Part shown: in pieces, positions 1-14,566 of the stretch
Layout of the letters: every line of letters begins with the position of its first letter
Numbering within the stretch: position 1 is the first letter of the stretch
From: Laetmonice hystrix
Lineage: Eukaryota
Direction of reading: 5' to 3'
Assembly: GCA_965235115.1 (NCBI GenBank)
Contig: OZ249436.1
Span: 6,014,001 to 6,078,000, forward strand
DNA: 64,000 nt
Translations under genes and position numbers: made by a program
The notes under the pieces: generated by a model
What the model saw: the letters and a program-made list of their open reading frames with translations, nothing else
Told to the model about the DNA's origin: nothing
Databases searched by the model: none

Positions 1-3000
1 CGACAGGAAAACTTTCCAAAAAGTGATGCCTCAGTTCCTTTTGGAATGATTCTAATGATAGTATTCCCACGGCTATGAATAAAGCGACTTGGTAACATTG
101 AATTGTTCATTCTCTTATGAACTTTGTTGATAGTCTGAAAGTTTTAAAAAGCAGAATGGGAAAAGGATTCATTGTGAAATGTTTATACATGAACCACCTC
201 ACAGTCAAGATGTTCAGGGCCGTGGAATGTAATGGTAAAGTTGACGTTGTTCCAGTTATCAAGTGAGGCCAGCCGTTTTGGCTCATGCGCTACATACGTT
301 TCATTCGTATGAATGCCTTAATCTACTGTTTCATTCCAAGCAAAAGTACTTGCGCCTCATTTCAATTAATATGCTTACATAGAATAACAAAGCACTTTGA
401 AATGGTTGCCAGAACAAAGTACATTCACGTATGCTGCCAAAAGTGTTTCAGCTAGCAGCTTAGGCCAAGAAGACAGACAGGCAATCACTGGGGGAATGAT
501 GTGTTGTACCTCCTACATGTATTGACGAAGCATATCGTCTGCGTTGCTGCACACCCTGTGAGAGGGTGCACATATATCACGCCAGCCTGCCAGCATATCT
601 TAATAGTCAATATGACAGGCGGGGAACAGATAGCAAGAAACCATCCATCAGTGAAACAGGCCCGTGCGCCCCGGCAGCCCACTGACTCCTTGCCGTCTGC
701 AGACTCCACCAACAACTACCATCCCCCACACACTAATCTCGACAGACACGCCAAATTCAGGCCCAATTTTGGCCTTTTTGGCGGGCGCGTGCAGCGCTGT
801 TTGGTGTCTGTGTTGGGACAGTTGGCGTGGCAGATTGATGTCGTGCTGACCTGCAGGCTAGGATATCAACCACCTCGACAGCCTCCTTCTGATGGCAATC
901 GAGCCCGACTGACACAAAGAATTTGATTGGTGCGTTGGGACGCCATAAATCAAACCAATATTGCCCCTTTAAGTTTTGCTGTTGGCCTCTTCGGTGCCGT
1001 CGATGGATACCAGTTCATGTCAATGTAAGTAAAACGGACGTCTCCTGCGGGTAAGATAAGAATGAGGCAATGCACAGTCGGGGAACACATGCCACCAATG
1101 GATCAATGGAAGCCGTTACAAAGGCTGGGCCAGGACATCGATTGGCCCTCGACACATGGGCCAAAACCAGTCCATCAAAAACCAGCTGCGGCCACAAAAC
1201 TTTCATGGCCCTCCATCATAATGATTGTTAAAAGCACAAAAAGTACGGACAAGTTATGTTCTTTGGTATGCTCATATTTATTCAAAAGCTGATATCTGAA
1301 GTCCCATGGAGGACCTTAGTTTACCATACAGTGCCGGTAAAGACACCATAAAGCAGTTCTTGTCTGGCAGCTCTCTTTACTGGCTACCAATTGAAATTCT
1401 CAAAGGCAACTTATTATGGCGGCGCTAGCCATAAACATAAAATCCTCGGTCGCATTAGTGGTGATTTTTATATAGACATTATTAAAAGCTATAGATCAGT
1501 GTAAGTTACCGTAGGTAAGCCTCTCTGACTGGGGGCCCATGGGGACACACGCTGCCATATGAGGCCCTGATCCATGCGGCCCAAACGTGATTTAGATCTC
1601 GCTGTTTGGCAGCTAGATGTCACACTTGGGTACTTTTCCAAGGCGGGTGGAATCTAAGCTGGGACCGGTCCACCCCAAAACGCATCAGTGTCCCAGGGTC
1701 AGGGCCCACATCGACAGAACCCCACAAAGACATCAGGAGACATCCGATAAATACCTCTGCTTCATAAAGCAGTGACAAGTGTTTCTCCCTGTGTGAGCCG
1801 AACCTTGGCCGACTGTGCCATGGCTTCAGCCACGGGAGGTTTGCAGCTCTGCTTCATTGCTCTTCAGTGCCATCGAGGAAGTTGGCCGTGCCATCAAGGG
1901 ATCGTAAGGTCATGCCTGACCCCCCTCGCCAGCAGCCCAACTCCCTGTAGGTCCTACTATCTACCAGTGGCTTCACATTAACAAGCCGGGTCAGTGCTGG
2001 AGAAGTCTTCATTGTTCAGTGAGAAGTCAAGCCAGGTTGGCGTTAGGACGACTGAGGAACCATTGACCTGATCCCTCGCGAGACGAGGCAAACAGTCATC
2101 CAACTTGGCCTCTGTATTTGGCTCTAATCCTAGCTACTGCTGGAGCTTTGAGAAAAATGGCCTGGTTGTGTTCACTTGGTTATTGATTCCAGTCTGACTT
2201 ACAGGTTAACGAGCTGTTAAAACTTCATCAGTTGTCAGCCACCTCAGTCAGGCAGCCAGACGGAGGCGCGAGTCGCAGCCGGCAGAGGAGGGGCACATTT
2301 TCACACTAAGCTACCGCATGGGACGAACACAAATTATTAAAAGGTGTCAGCAACGTCAGCTATACATAATGACGTTGACGCCTGTCAGCGTGGGTAATGA
2401 AGGCCGGTCATTTAGTGTGGGACAATTGATGGTAATGTAGTGACCGGGGTTGGCCGAGCATCTGGGCCCCACATCCCGGGGGGTAACACCCCAGACGGGC
2501 GTGCTGCCCTAAAGTTCACAGTTCTAGGGACCGGGGCCGAAGGTGACCGGTCAGGTTGTGAATTCTGTCACCGTGGCGCCCGCACAGAACAGAGGCTTAT
2601 AGACAGGTGCAGTCTTTATGTTGACAGGGTGGACAGGCTGAAAGATGAAGCACAAGGTACAAGTGACTTGGCCGTCCTAATCATTCATTAGAGGTGTGAT
2701 CGGTGCCGTACCATACGGACCCCTGGCGGACCCCCACCGCCTTCCCTCGGTGGGCTCCAGCCCCGTGGGGATGACACATTTTGTCACGAGCCACAGTGGT
2801 CAACCGCCCAGTTACCAGGCAGCCAAACCGGGCAGAAAAACATGGCATTGTTTGCTTTCCTCACTTGCGTTGTCATGTTGGGAACGTTTCTACCCCGTAT
2901 GGCTCGTTTTTGTTTTATTGTTTTTCGCACTTTTTTGTTATCGTAGATTTTATTGCCTTTGTTGAGATTTGAAATGTTATTAACTACATTAATCTTAACC

Positions 3001-3092
3001 TCAATATTTGCAAATATGTAGATCCATGACGGATTTAACACTGAAGTATAATATTCTCTTCTTCTAATTTGGGCAGAAATTAACACGTGGTG

Positions 3093-4018
3093 GTGTTTTA
3101 TTGCCAGCATGCGCTAGGTGTTTTACTGTCACCATGCGCTAGGTGTTTTACTGTCACCATGCTCTTGGTGTTTTACTGTCACCATGCTCTTGGTGTTTTA
3201 CTGTCACCATGCGCTAGGTGTTTTACTGTCACCATGCGCTAGGTGTTTTACTGTCACCATGCGCTAGGTGTTTTACTGTCACCATGCGCTAGGTGTTTTA
3301 CTGTCACCATGCGCTAGGTGTTTTACTGTCACCATGCTCTTGGTGTTTTACTGTCACCATGCTCTTGGTGTTTTACTGTCACCATGCGCTAGGTGTTTTA
3401 CTGTCACCATGCTCTTGGTGTTTTACTGTCACCATGCTCTTGGTGTTTTACTGTCACCATGCGCTAGGTGTTTTACTGTCACCATGCGCTAGGTGTTTTA
3501 CTGTCACCATGCGCTAGGTGTTTTACTGTCACCATGCGCTAGGTGTTTTACTGTCAGCATGCGCTAGGTGTTTTACTGTCACCATGCGCTAGGTGTTTTA
3601 CTGTCACCATGCGCTAGGTGTTTTACTGTCAGCATGCGCTAGGTGTTTTACTGTCACCATGCGCTAGGTGTTTTACTGTCACCATGCGCTAGGTGTTTTA
3701 CTGTCACCATGCGCTAGGTGTTTTACTGTCACCATGCGCTAGGTGTTTTACTGTCACCATGCTCTTAGTGTTTTACTATCAGCATGCGCTAGGTGTTTTA
3801 CTGTCACCATGCGCTAGGTGTTTTACTGTCAGCATGCGCTAGGTGTTTTACTGTCACCATGCGCTAGGTGTTTTACTGTCACCATGCGCTAGGTGTTTTA
3901 CTGTCACCATGCTCTTAGTGTTTTACTATCAGCATGCGCTAGGTGTTTTACTGCCACCATGCGCTAGGTGTTTTACTGTCAGCATGCGCTAGGTGTTTTA
4001 CTGTCAGCATGCGCTAGG
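3093..4018. repeat. Minisatellite, 25-bp unit CATGCGCTAGGTGTTTTACTGTCAC, ~37 copies
   Basis: Direct tandem periodicity of 25 bp. Two main variants (GCGCTAGG and GCTCTTGG/GCTCTTAG). A degenerate partial unit lies at the 5' edge. Confidence 0.98.
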
Positions 4019-4220
4019 ATATGTTAGAAATTTGTCAGACAAAAGGTTTTTAGAGGGTAAATAGAGGGTAAATTGCAGCATATGTCAGGAAACATTGCAG
4101 ATTTTTATTTTTTATATTGTCTCTGATGTGACCACCCAATCAGAATGTCACGACCAACCCTTACTACGCACACAAGAAAGTCACGGTCAGCCCTTACCAC
4201 GCACACCAGAAAGTATCACG

Positions 4221-6717
4221 CACACATGAAGGTATCACGGCCAGTCGTGACCACACATGAAGGTATCACGGCCAGTCGTGACCACACATGAAGGTATCAC
4301 GGCCAGTCGTGACCACACATGACGGTATCACGGCCAGTCGTGACCACACATGAAGGTATCACAGCCAGTCGTGACCACACATGAAGGTATCACGGCCAGT
4401 CGTGACCACACATGAAGGTATCACAGCCAGTCGTGACCACACATGACGGTATCACGGCCAGTCGTGACCACACATGAAGGTATCACGGCCAGTCGTGACC
4501 ACACATGACGGTATCACGGCCAGTCGTGACCACACATGAAGGTATCACGGCCAGTCGTGACCACACATGAAGGTTTCACGGCCAGTCGTGACCACACATG
4601 AAGGTATCACGGCCAGTCGTGACCACACATGAAGGTATCACGGCCCGCCGTGACCACACATGAAGGTATCACGGCCAGTCGTGACCACACATGAAGGTAT
4701 CACGGCCAGTCGTGACCACACATGAAGGTACCACAGTCAGTCGTGACCACACATGAATGTCACGGCCAGTCGTGACCACACATGAAGGTATCACGGCCAG
4801 CCGTGACCACACATGAAGGTATCACGGCCAGTCGTGACCACACATGAAGGTATCACGGCTAGTCGTGACCACACATGAAGGTATCACGGCCAGTCGTGAC
4901 CACACATGAAGGTATCACGGCTAGTCGTGACCACACATGAAGGTATCACGGCCAGCCGTGACCACACATGACGGTATCACGGCCAGTCGTGACCACACAT
5001 GAAGGTATCACGGCCAGTCGTGACCACACATGAAGGTATCACAGCCAGTCGTGACCACACATGAAGGTATCACGGCTAGTCGTGACCACACATGAAGGTA
5101 TCACGGCCAGTCGTGACCACACATGAAGGTATCACGGCTAGTCGTGACCACACATGAAGGTATCACGGCCAGTCGTGACCACACATGAAGGTATCACGGC
5201 TAGTCGTGACCACACATGAAGGTATCACGGCCAGCCGTGACCACACATGAAGGTATCACGGCCAGTCGTGACCACACATGAAGGTATCACAGTCAGTCGT
5301 GACCACACATGAAGGTATCAGTCAGTCGTGACCACACATGAAGGTATCACGGCCAGTCGTGACCACACATGAAGGTATCACGGCCAGTCGTGACCACACA
5401 TGAAGGTATCACAGCCAGTCGTGACCACACATGACGGTATCACGGCCAGTCGTGACCACACATGAAGGTATCACGGCCAGTCGTGACCACACATGAAGGT
5501 ATCACGGCCAGTCGTGACCACACATGAAGGTATCACGGCCAGTCGTGACCACACATGAAGGTATCACGGCCAGTCGTGACCACACATGAATGTCACGGCC
5601 AGTCGTGACCACACATGAAGGTATCACGGCCAGTCGTGACCACACATGAAGGTATCACGGCCAGTCGTGACCACACATGAAGGTATCACAGCTAGTCGTG
5701 ACCACACATGAAGGTATCACGGCCAGTCGTGACCACACATGAAGGTATCACAGTCAGTCGTGACCACACATGAAGGTATCACGGCCAGTCGTGACCACAC
5801 ATGAAGGTATCACAGTCAGTCGTGACCACACATGAAGGTATCACGGCCAGTCGTGACCACACATGACGGTATCACGGCCAGTCGTGACCACACATGAAGG
5901 TATCACGGCCAGTCGTGACCTCACATGAAGGTATCACAGTTAGTCGTGACCACACATGAAGGTATCACGGCTAGTCGTGACCACACATGAAGGTATCACG
6001 GCCAGTCGTGACCACACATGAAGGTATCACGGCCAGTCGTGACCACACATGAAGGTATCACGGCCAGTCGTGACCACACATGAAGGTATCACGGCCAGTC
6101 GTGACCACACATGAAGGTATCACGGCCAGTCGTGACCACACATGAAGGTATCACGGCCAGTCGTGACCACACATGAAGGTATCACGGCCAGTCGTGACCA
6201 CACATGAAGGTATCACGGCCAGTCGTGACCACACATGAAGGTATCACGGCTAGTCGTGACCACACATGAAGGTATCACGGCCAGTCGTGACTACACATGA
6301 AGGTATCACGGCCAGTCGTGACCACACATGAAGGTATCACGGCCAGTCGTGACCACACATGAAGGTATCACGGCCAGTCGTGACCACACATGAAGGTATC
6401 ACGGCCAGTCGTGACCACACATGAAGGTATCACGGCCAGTCGTGACCACACATGAAGGTATCACGGCCAGTCGTGACCACACATGAAGGTATCACGGCCA
6501 GTCGTGACCACACATGACGGTATCACGGCTAGTCGTGACCACACATGACGGTATCACGGCCAGTCGTGACCACACATGAAGGTATCACGGCCAGTCGTGA
6601 CCACACATGAAGGTATCACGGCCAGTCGTGACCACACATGAAGGTATCACGGCTAGTCGTGACCACACATGAAGGTATCACGGCCAGTCGTGACCACACA
6701 TGAAGGTATCACGGCTA
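4221..6717. repeat. Minisatellite, 31-bp unit CACACATGAAGGTATCACGGCCAGTCGTGAC, ~80 copies
   Basis: 31-bp periodicity (AGGTATCACG at 4261 and 4292). Highly homogeneous. Each unit carries a TCACG-N6-CGTGA inverted pair. Confidence 0.99.
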
Positions 6718-7686
6718 GATAGAGGAGATAGGGAGAACCGTTTGAAGTGGGCGTTATTCCCAGCCAAGTATTACCCAGCGGAGAGCAGACATGAGAGTCG
6801 CCGCCAGCCAACATAGTTTGGCAGCCCTCCTTGTTGGTTTTCCTTTGTCCCAAGTCAGGTTTATGTGCTCACAGACGGACGGCCGCTGGCGTGTGGATTC
6901 ATTATTGTCATAATTGTTATGTATGGATGGATAAGTTCATCCTTCAAGCCCAGGTGCCCTGTTCAAGATCCCCACACCCCCTCCCGTACACCCCTGCAGG
7001 TAATGTGGCTAAAAACAGGACGGGCATAACTCAGAACATTACCTCAACACCTAACAGATAATACCACTTAACCACACGTTTTTATTGCCACCTTGTAAAT
7101 TTATAGAGAGGAAAAACAACTTTTCTCACTCACCATAATGGACTTTCTATTAGAAACATCAAAGATTATCATCTTTTGACTGGGTTTGGCTAAGGCAAGC
7201 CTTGAGGATGGAGTGAACAAGTTTTACAGAAACTGTTCTTTTTTTCTTTTTTCTTCTTCTTTTTTTTAACATATCGTCGACATTTGATATATGTACAGTC
7301 GTAACGCAAGCGATTCTCTGCCAGTGATAAACGAGTTCGTCAAGTTTCTTTTTCAACTAGAATATCTTTGATTTTATATATCTCAGTTTTATCCAGAGCA
7401 GTGATTTTTACCCGATCTCGGCAGATATACAATGTTTAGGTTGAGGAAAGTAAGACAGGTCCGATTTATGGGACTACCTGTAGAGAAGCCACTGAGATAC
7501 AAGCTAGAGTTGAGGACTGTGATATGGCATGGCACCAGCTGCACTATCATTAAACCTCGCATTCCTCAAGCAGGCTGCACGAGCCATCCATTCAGTGAGA
7601 CCTGAGAAATTACTACGCCCTGATCCTTTTCACCTTGTCCTCATCAAGAGGTGAGCTGTGAGGGCAATCTCCGTATTTGTCGAGGC

Positions 7687-8249
7687 TAATACCAGCCACC
7701 ATTACGCCCCCTGGACTGGTCGCAATACCAACTACTGGGCGTAATACCAACCACCATTACGCCCCCTGGACTGGCGGTCGTCATACCAACCACCATTACG
7801 CCCCCTGGACTGGCCGTTGTCATACCAACCACCATTACGCCCCCTGGACTGGTCGTAATACCAACCACCATTACGCCCCCTGGACTGGTCGTAATACCAA
7901 CCACCATTACGCCCCCTGGACTGGTCGTAATACCAACCGCCTTTACGCCCCCTGGACTGGTCGTAATACCAACCACCATTACGCCCCCCTGGACTTGTCG
8001 TAATACCAACCACCATTACGCCCCCTGGACTGGTAGTCATACCAACCACCATTACGCCCGCTGGACTGGTCGTAATACCAACCACCATTACGCCCCCTGG
8101 ACTGGTCGTCATACCAACCGCCTTTACGCCCCCTGGACTGGTCGTCATACCAACCACCATTACGCCCCCTGGACTGGTCGTAATACCAACCACCATTACG
8201 CCCCCTGGACTGGTCGTAATACCAACCACCATTACGCCCCCTGGACTGG
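7687..8249. repeat. Minisatellite, 36-bp unit TAATACCAACCACCATTACGCCCCCTGGACTGGTCG, ~15 copies
   Basis: Tandem periodicity. The ORF track shows the matching 12-aa repeat RNTNHHYAPWTG. Confidence 0.97.
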
Positions 8250-11200
8250 CCTATTTGTTTCTAGTTTCTCCTATCGAATAGGAATCCATGTCAGATACAC
8301 GCGTGAATTTTTATTCTATTTAGGGTAAGCAGACGTGATTTCATAAACTCGGCCGGTGGGTGTGATGTGGCTACTAAATACCGGCCCGGCTGCCATGGCC
8401 GCCCTCTCTATGGAATAACTCGACCACTCGACTTTCTCATTTGGCATCTTGAGTTTGTAATGCGGCTAAAGCCGGGGGAGCATCAGAGGGCTTACGTAGC
8501 CATCATAATGGAAGCAGCTGGCCTGCCAATGACGGATTACACTGTATCAAATACCGCCAATCGGGCCATCAAGGGCACGCGCTGATGAGACGGATTCAAT
8601 ATAGATAAGTTGAATGACTTCACGAGGATGCACTGCCTTGGCTGATATCATCTTCTATCTCCTTATTCTATCTACATTCATTTCCATTGTTTTGCCAAGG
8701 CAGCCATTTCCCAGGCAGCACGGTTTATCCCATGGCTTTTGCTATCAGAAAATAATTGGTATTAATAGGCTGTCATGTTTGTGAGGATTGAGTCAATCGT
8801 GATGGCACTGACAGTGTCATGCAGCGCTAATAGAAAAAACTCCATCTTGCCACTCAGGCAGCGAGTCGCTCGCTATTGATGGTGCGGTGGCGGCGGCGGC
8901 AGAGGCGGTCACAGGCAGTGGGTGTGTTCGCAGCTATCTCTGATTTAAGTTCGCTTTCTGGCAGTTGACTTTATTGAGGATCACTATGGGAGGGTGGTCT
9001 ACCGTAGAGACTGTGAATTATTGAAGTGGGGGCATTATAATAGGACGATAGGACACTGAGAGACGGAAAGCGATATCAGGGAAGTGACGCATTTATTACG
9101 ATGATGTATATCGCCAGATGTTATCGGCTGCCCGGTCAGTGCGTCCGCAATAGATGATCTGTCAAGGGGGCGCTTCCCGACGCATTTCTCATAGCTGTTG
9201 AAATCACATGCATGTCAGGTGAATATTAAGTTGCTGAGAATACATTTCATGTCCTGAACTGGACCCATCCATTTCTGCTCATTGTTGCGGCTTTCTGCTG
9301 ACTCGCAGTGTACTAGAGGAACTGATCCTAAAAGGGACATTAAGTGGTTCACATACCTCACGGCGGCGTGTCACCCCAGCCCGGTTGCCGGAGTAACGGA
9401 TGAGAAAAGCCCTGCCCTGAGGATGAGGTCCCGCAGGGTTACCCCGACCCCCAGGCCGCACCTCCTTCCTCATTGATACATATCAGCTGCCTGAGAGATT
9501 TGCCAATTCTTTATGTAAATGATTCCTTTGTCAATAAAGCCTCGAGAAGTATAGATAGCTGTTATCGGGAGAGTTGCATCTAACGTTCTTGATGTAGATT
9601 ATAGTAGGAGGAACGACTTGCAGTTAATCAACTTTTACCGACTTTTTGTAAGGTACTTGATCCACGTCCGGGTCTGAGTCAGTGTCTATTTAGTCTAGAA
9701 TATCGAAACAATATCTACGATGTGGTTTGTGTGATCAACGAGAGGAATGTTAGCTCTTATAGACTCAGTGCGATACGGATGAAATCCCGGCTAGATTTCG
9801 GGCTATATGTAGGCCTACAAAATGGTCCTTGGTGGGTCCGGGGTTGTGTTGAGTGTGATGTACTGATTTTGTGGGTCCTAAGTTTTAATAAGTGTACATT
9901 GGGCCTTGCTGCGTACCGAGGGATCATATGCCCAGTACAGTCGGACTGTATTGAGTGTATGCCTTATTATAGAGCAGTGTTTCATAAAAACCGCCTGGAT
10001 ACAGAAGTAAATTGGCAGTTTACATCGTAAGTCAGAAGTACAATAACAGATTTCTATTGACAAATGAGCGTAGTGGATTACACCGTGAATTGTTATACTT
10101 TGGTGGCAAGGCTGCACAGTTCTGTCAACAGGAACATGGTTTTATAGAAGCCCAAAGTCTACAGTCAGCAGGGAGACATTCTATATTCTACAGCCCAGGG
10201 TCTACCACTGAGAGTTACATTTATGTTCTTGACTCTTTAATAACTCGTGCTGGCCTCCTATAGTGGCAAAGCTCCCCCAGTAGACATTGTCCTATTCATA
10301 ACTCCATTCCCTCAGTTGCTCATTTACCCAGCAAGAGAACACAAATGCTCTGAGATAGATGTGAATGTGACATAACATCAATAGAATCTGTGCTTGGAGG
10401 CCAATTAATCGTTGCCATTGGCTGCTTTATTTGCACGGCCTCTGATCTAGAGGCCTGCCGAGTCTGACCATCTCACAGTGTCTGGCAGGAAGATGGAGTG
10501 ATCCGTGCCACTGTCTAGAGCAAGCCAAGGCTTGGGGGAATTTTTATGGAAATCATATTTTTCATATGGCAGACTCTTTGGGACCACTGCAGACAGATTA
10601 AGAGAATTTGTATCCAGATGAAGCCATAAATATCGTGCTGTGGGGATCGTGTGACTTACGGGTGCATCGCAGCGAAATATGATTAAAGGGCGGATGGCTT
10701 GTGCAATTGGAGGCAGAAGGCGAAGGAGACGAGTGGCTGGAAATGTGCTTATCGTAGCTGGCCTGAGTGGCTGTAATATATTCCTGGAGACATCCACACG
10801 GGAGCTGTATGTGGCGGGCAGACGTGCCTCCTGATCCTCGCCTTCTGACTCAGGTTCACTGCCTCTTGTAATGACCAAACCCGGTAGAGACTTTCCCTCG
10901 CAAACTCTGGCAGGTCAGTCTTGAGTACACATGAATCAATGAGTGATCACTTACCATGGTCTCTGAACAACCATACTGATTCTACTACATGTATTTGTAT
11001 CTTATATTTGACTTATGTTTTATGTATAGAGCTGCCTTCATATATATTTTTGTTATGCATGTGTGTAAGAATACCGTTGTATTCTAGCATTAGGTATACA
11101 ATGTATCTGTCTCATTAAATCGGATATAGAGTCTATATTACCCTCCTCAATTAGTGATTGTTTTATTGAATGGAAAGGGTTGTAGGTCCATACAGTATCA

Positions 11201-11543
11201 AAGACTAGGCAAGACGAACCTTGTCCACCTGTTTCCATGACAATTATAAGAGCCTGACAAGTTATTGATATGAATTTGCCTTGGAAATTGGCACAAGGTA
11301 ATCACGATAATAATGGCAGAGGACTTGGCGAACATCAATTTTATTGAACCTGTGTACTGCCTGTAGGATGGGAGCAATTTGAATGACATCACTCATCGGC
11401 AGAAAATACGAATTATAACAATGGAAGGCGATCAATCCAACTTGATTTGTTTCTCCTCCTGACCTTGGTTGAACTTAGGCTTGAATTGATTGCGCCTCGT
11501 GCAGGATGTGAAATAGGTTAATATGTGTGTGAGTCAGGAAGCT

Positions 11544-13030
11544 TGTGTGGATCAGTGATAGTGGAGGCAGTGTTGTCAGTATTCTGTGTGGATCAGTGAT
11601 AGTGGGGGCAGTGCTGTCAGTATTCTGTGTGGATCAGTGATAGTGGAGGCAGTGTTGTCAGTATTCTGTGTGGATCAGTGATAGTGGGGGCAGTGTTGTC
11701 AGTATTCTGTGTGGATCAGTGATAGTGGGGGCAGTGTTGTCAGTATTCTGTGTGGATCAGTGATAGTGGGGGCAGTGTTGTCAGTATTCTGTGTGGATCA
11801 GTGATAGTGGGGGCAGTGTTGTCAGTATTCTGTGTGGATCAGTGATAGTGGAGGCAGTGTTGTCAGTATTCTGTGTGGATCAGTGATAGTGGGGGCAGTG
11901 TTGTCAGTATTCTGTGTGGATCAGTGATAGTGGAGGCAGTGTTGTCAGTATTCTGTGTGGATCAGAGATAGTGGAGGCAGTGCTGTCAGTATTCTGTGTG
12001 GATCAGTGATAGTGGAGGCAGTGTTGTCAGTATTCTGTGTGGATCAGTGATAGTGGAGGCAGTGTTGTCAGTATTCTGTGTGGATCAGTGATAGTGGAGG
12101 CCGTGTTGTCAGTATTCTGTGTGGATCAGTGATAGTGGGGGCAGTGTTGTCAGTATTCTGTGTGGATCAGTGATAGTGGAAGCTGTGCTGTCAGTATTCT
12201 GTGTGGATCAGTGATAGTGGAGGCAGTGTTGTCAGTATTCTGTGTGGATCAGTGATAGTGGGGGCAGTGTTGTCAGTATTCTGTGTGGATCAGTGATAGT
12301 GGGGGCAGTGTTGTCAGTATTCTGTGTGGATCAGTGATAGTGGAGGCAGTGTTGTCAGTATTCTGTGTGGATCAGTGATAGTGGGGGCAGTGTTGTCAGT
12401 ATTCTGTGTGGATCAGTGATAGTGGAGGCAGTGTTGTCAGTATTCTGTGTGGATCAGTGATAGTGGAGGCAGTGTTGTCAGTATTCTGTGTGGATCAGTG
12501 ATAGTGGAGGCCGTGTTGTCAGTATTCTGTGTGGATCAGTGATAGTGGGGGCAGTGTTGTCAGTATTCTGTGTGGATCAGTGATAGTGGAGGCAGTGTTG
12601 TCAGTATTCTGTGTGGATCAGTGATAGTGGGGGCAGTGTTGTCAGTATTCTGTGTGGATCAGTGATAGTGGGGGCAGTGCTGTCAGTATTCTGTGTGGAT
12701 CAGTGATAGTGGAGGCAGTGTTGTCAGTATTCTGTGTGGATCAGTGATAGTGGAGTGTTGTCAGTAGTTTGTGTGGATCAGTGATAGTGGGGGCAGTGTT
12801 GTCAGTATTCTGTGTGGATCAGTGATAGTGGAGTGTTGTCAGTAGTTTGTGTGGATCAGTGATAGTGGAGGCAGTGTTGTCAGTATTCTGTGTGAATCAG
12901 TGATAGTGGGGGCAGTGTTGTCAGTATTCTGTGTGGATCAGTGATAGTGGAGGCTGTGCTGTCAGTATTCTGTGTGGATCAGTGATAGTGGAGGCCGTTG
13001 GGGGCAGTGTTGTCAGTATTCTGTGTGGAT
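11544..13030. repeat. Minisatellite, 41-bp unit CTGTGTGGATCAGTGATAGTGG(A/G)GGCAGTGTTGTCAGTATT, ~36 copies
   Basis: 41-bp periodicity. The rare CCGTG variant recurs at 12101 and 12511, exactly 10 units apart, which indicates block duplication. Confidence 0.98.
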
Positions 13031-13270
13031 GTATCATCTAGGAAGGGATAGAGGAGGCGATCGAGGCAGATATTTCTCCGGACTGGAGCTCTCGCGTCAT
13101 TCTCCATTATATCAAGCCAGTTTGTTATCAGGAAGTATATCACAACGGACTCTTACAATACTAAGCTTTGTCAAGACAATCGCTGTGTTAAAATACAACA
13201 GATGTATCAGACACCAGAAGAGACTGTAGTAGCTCAACCACGGCTATACCGATATACCGTGTTACCAAGA

Positions 13271-14566
13271 CAGTTTATGGACTTGTGCTGTGGTATAACG
13301 GAGCAGCTGGTGGTTGGTGTGGACAGAGAATGCCAGTTTATGGACTGGTATGACAACAGCTGGTGGTTGGTGTGGACAGGGAGTGCCAGTAGTTTATGGA
13401 CGACTGGTATGACAGCAGCTGGTGGTTGGTGTGGACAGGAAGTGCCAGTTTATGGACGACTGGTATGACAGAACAGCTGGTGGTTGGTGCGGACAGGGAG
13501 TACCAGTTGATGGACTGGTATGACAGAGCAGCTGGTGGTTGGTGTGGACCGGGAGTACCAGTTGATGGACTGGTATGACAGAGCAGCTGGTGGTTGGTGT
13601 GGACAGGGAGTACCAGTTTATGGACGACTGGTATGACAGAACAGCTGGTGGTTGGTGTTGACAGGGAGTACCAGTTTATGGACGACTGGTATGACAGAAC
13701 AGCTGGTGATTGGTGTGGACAGGGAGTGCCAGTTTATGGACTGGTATGACAGAGCAGCTGGTGGTTGGTTTGGACAGGGAGTGCCAGTTTATGGACTGGT
13801 ATGACAGAACAGCTGGTGGTTGGTGTGGACAGGAAGTGCCAGTTTATGGACTGGTATGACAGAGCAGCTGGTGGTTGGTTTGGACAGGGAGTGCCAGTTT
13901 ATGGACTGGTATGACAGAACAGCTGGTGGTTGGTGTGGACAGGGAGTACCAGTTTATGGACTGGTATGACAGAACAGCTGGCGGTTGGTGTGGACAGGGA
14001 GTGCTAGTTTATGGACGACTGGTATGACAGAGCAGCTAGTGGTTGGTGTGGACAGGGAGTACCAGTTTATGGACGACTGGTATGACAGAGCAGCTGGTGG
14101 TTGGTGTGGACAGGGAGTACCAGTTGATGGACTGGTATGACAGAACAGCTGGCGGTTGGTATGGACAGGGAGTGCTAGTTTATGGACGACTGGTATGACA
14201 GAGCAGCTGGTGGTTGGTGTGGACAGGGAGTGCCAGTTTATGGACTGGTATGACAGAGCAGCTGGTGGTTGGTGTGGACAGGGAGTGCCAGTTTATGGAC
14301 TGGTATGACAGAGCAGCTGGTGGTTGGTGTGGACAGGGAGTGCCAGTTTATGGACTGGTATGACAGAGCAGCTGGTGGTTGGTGTGGACAGGGAGTACCA
14401 GTTTATGGACTGGTATGACAGAGCAGCTGGTGGTTGGTGTGGACAGGGAGTGCCAGTTTATGGACTGGTATGACAGAGCAGCTGGTGGTTGGTGTGGACA
14501 GGGAGTGCCAGTTTATGGACTGGTATGACAGAGCAGCTGGTGGTTGGTGTGGACAGGGAGTGCCAG
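13271..14566. repeat. Minisatellite, 55/58-bp unit TTTATGGAC(GAC)TGGTATGACAGAGCAGCTGGTGGTTGGTGTGGACAGGGAGTGCCAG, ~23 copies
   Basis: 55-bp periodicity (GGACA at 14221 and 14276). Units are diverged at the 5' edge and homogeneous at the 3' end. Confidence 0.97.

Noticed and set aside
640-740. Minus-strand VGDGSCWWSL resembling an OTU protease GDGxC motif
   Set aside because: It is preceded by a stop and has no downstream His motif or extended similarity.
6718-13056. GATAGAGGAG just after the 3' ends of two different arrays (6718 and 13047)
   Set aside because: Only 10 bp, the offsets differ, and it is absent after the other arrays.
13300-14566. E. coli Chi octamer GCTGGTGG in most 55-bp units
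   Set aside because: Chi acts through bacterial RecBCD and has no demonstrated role here. One 8-mer among 19 units is weak evidence.
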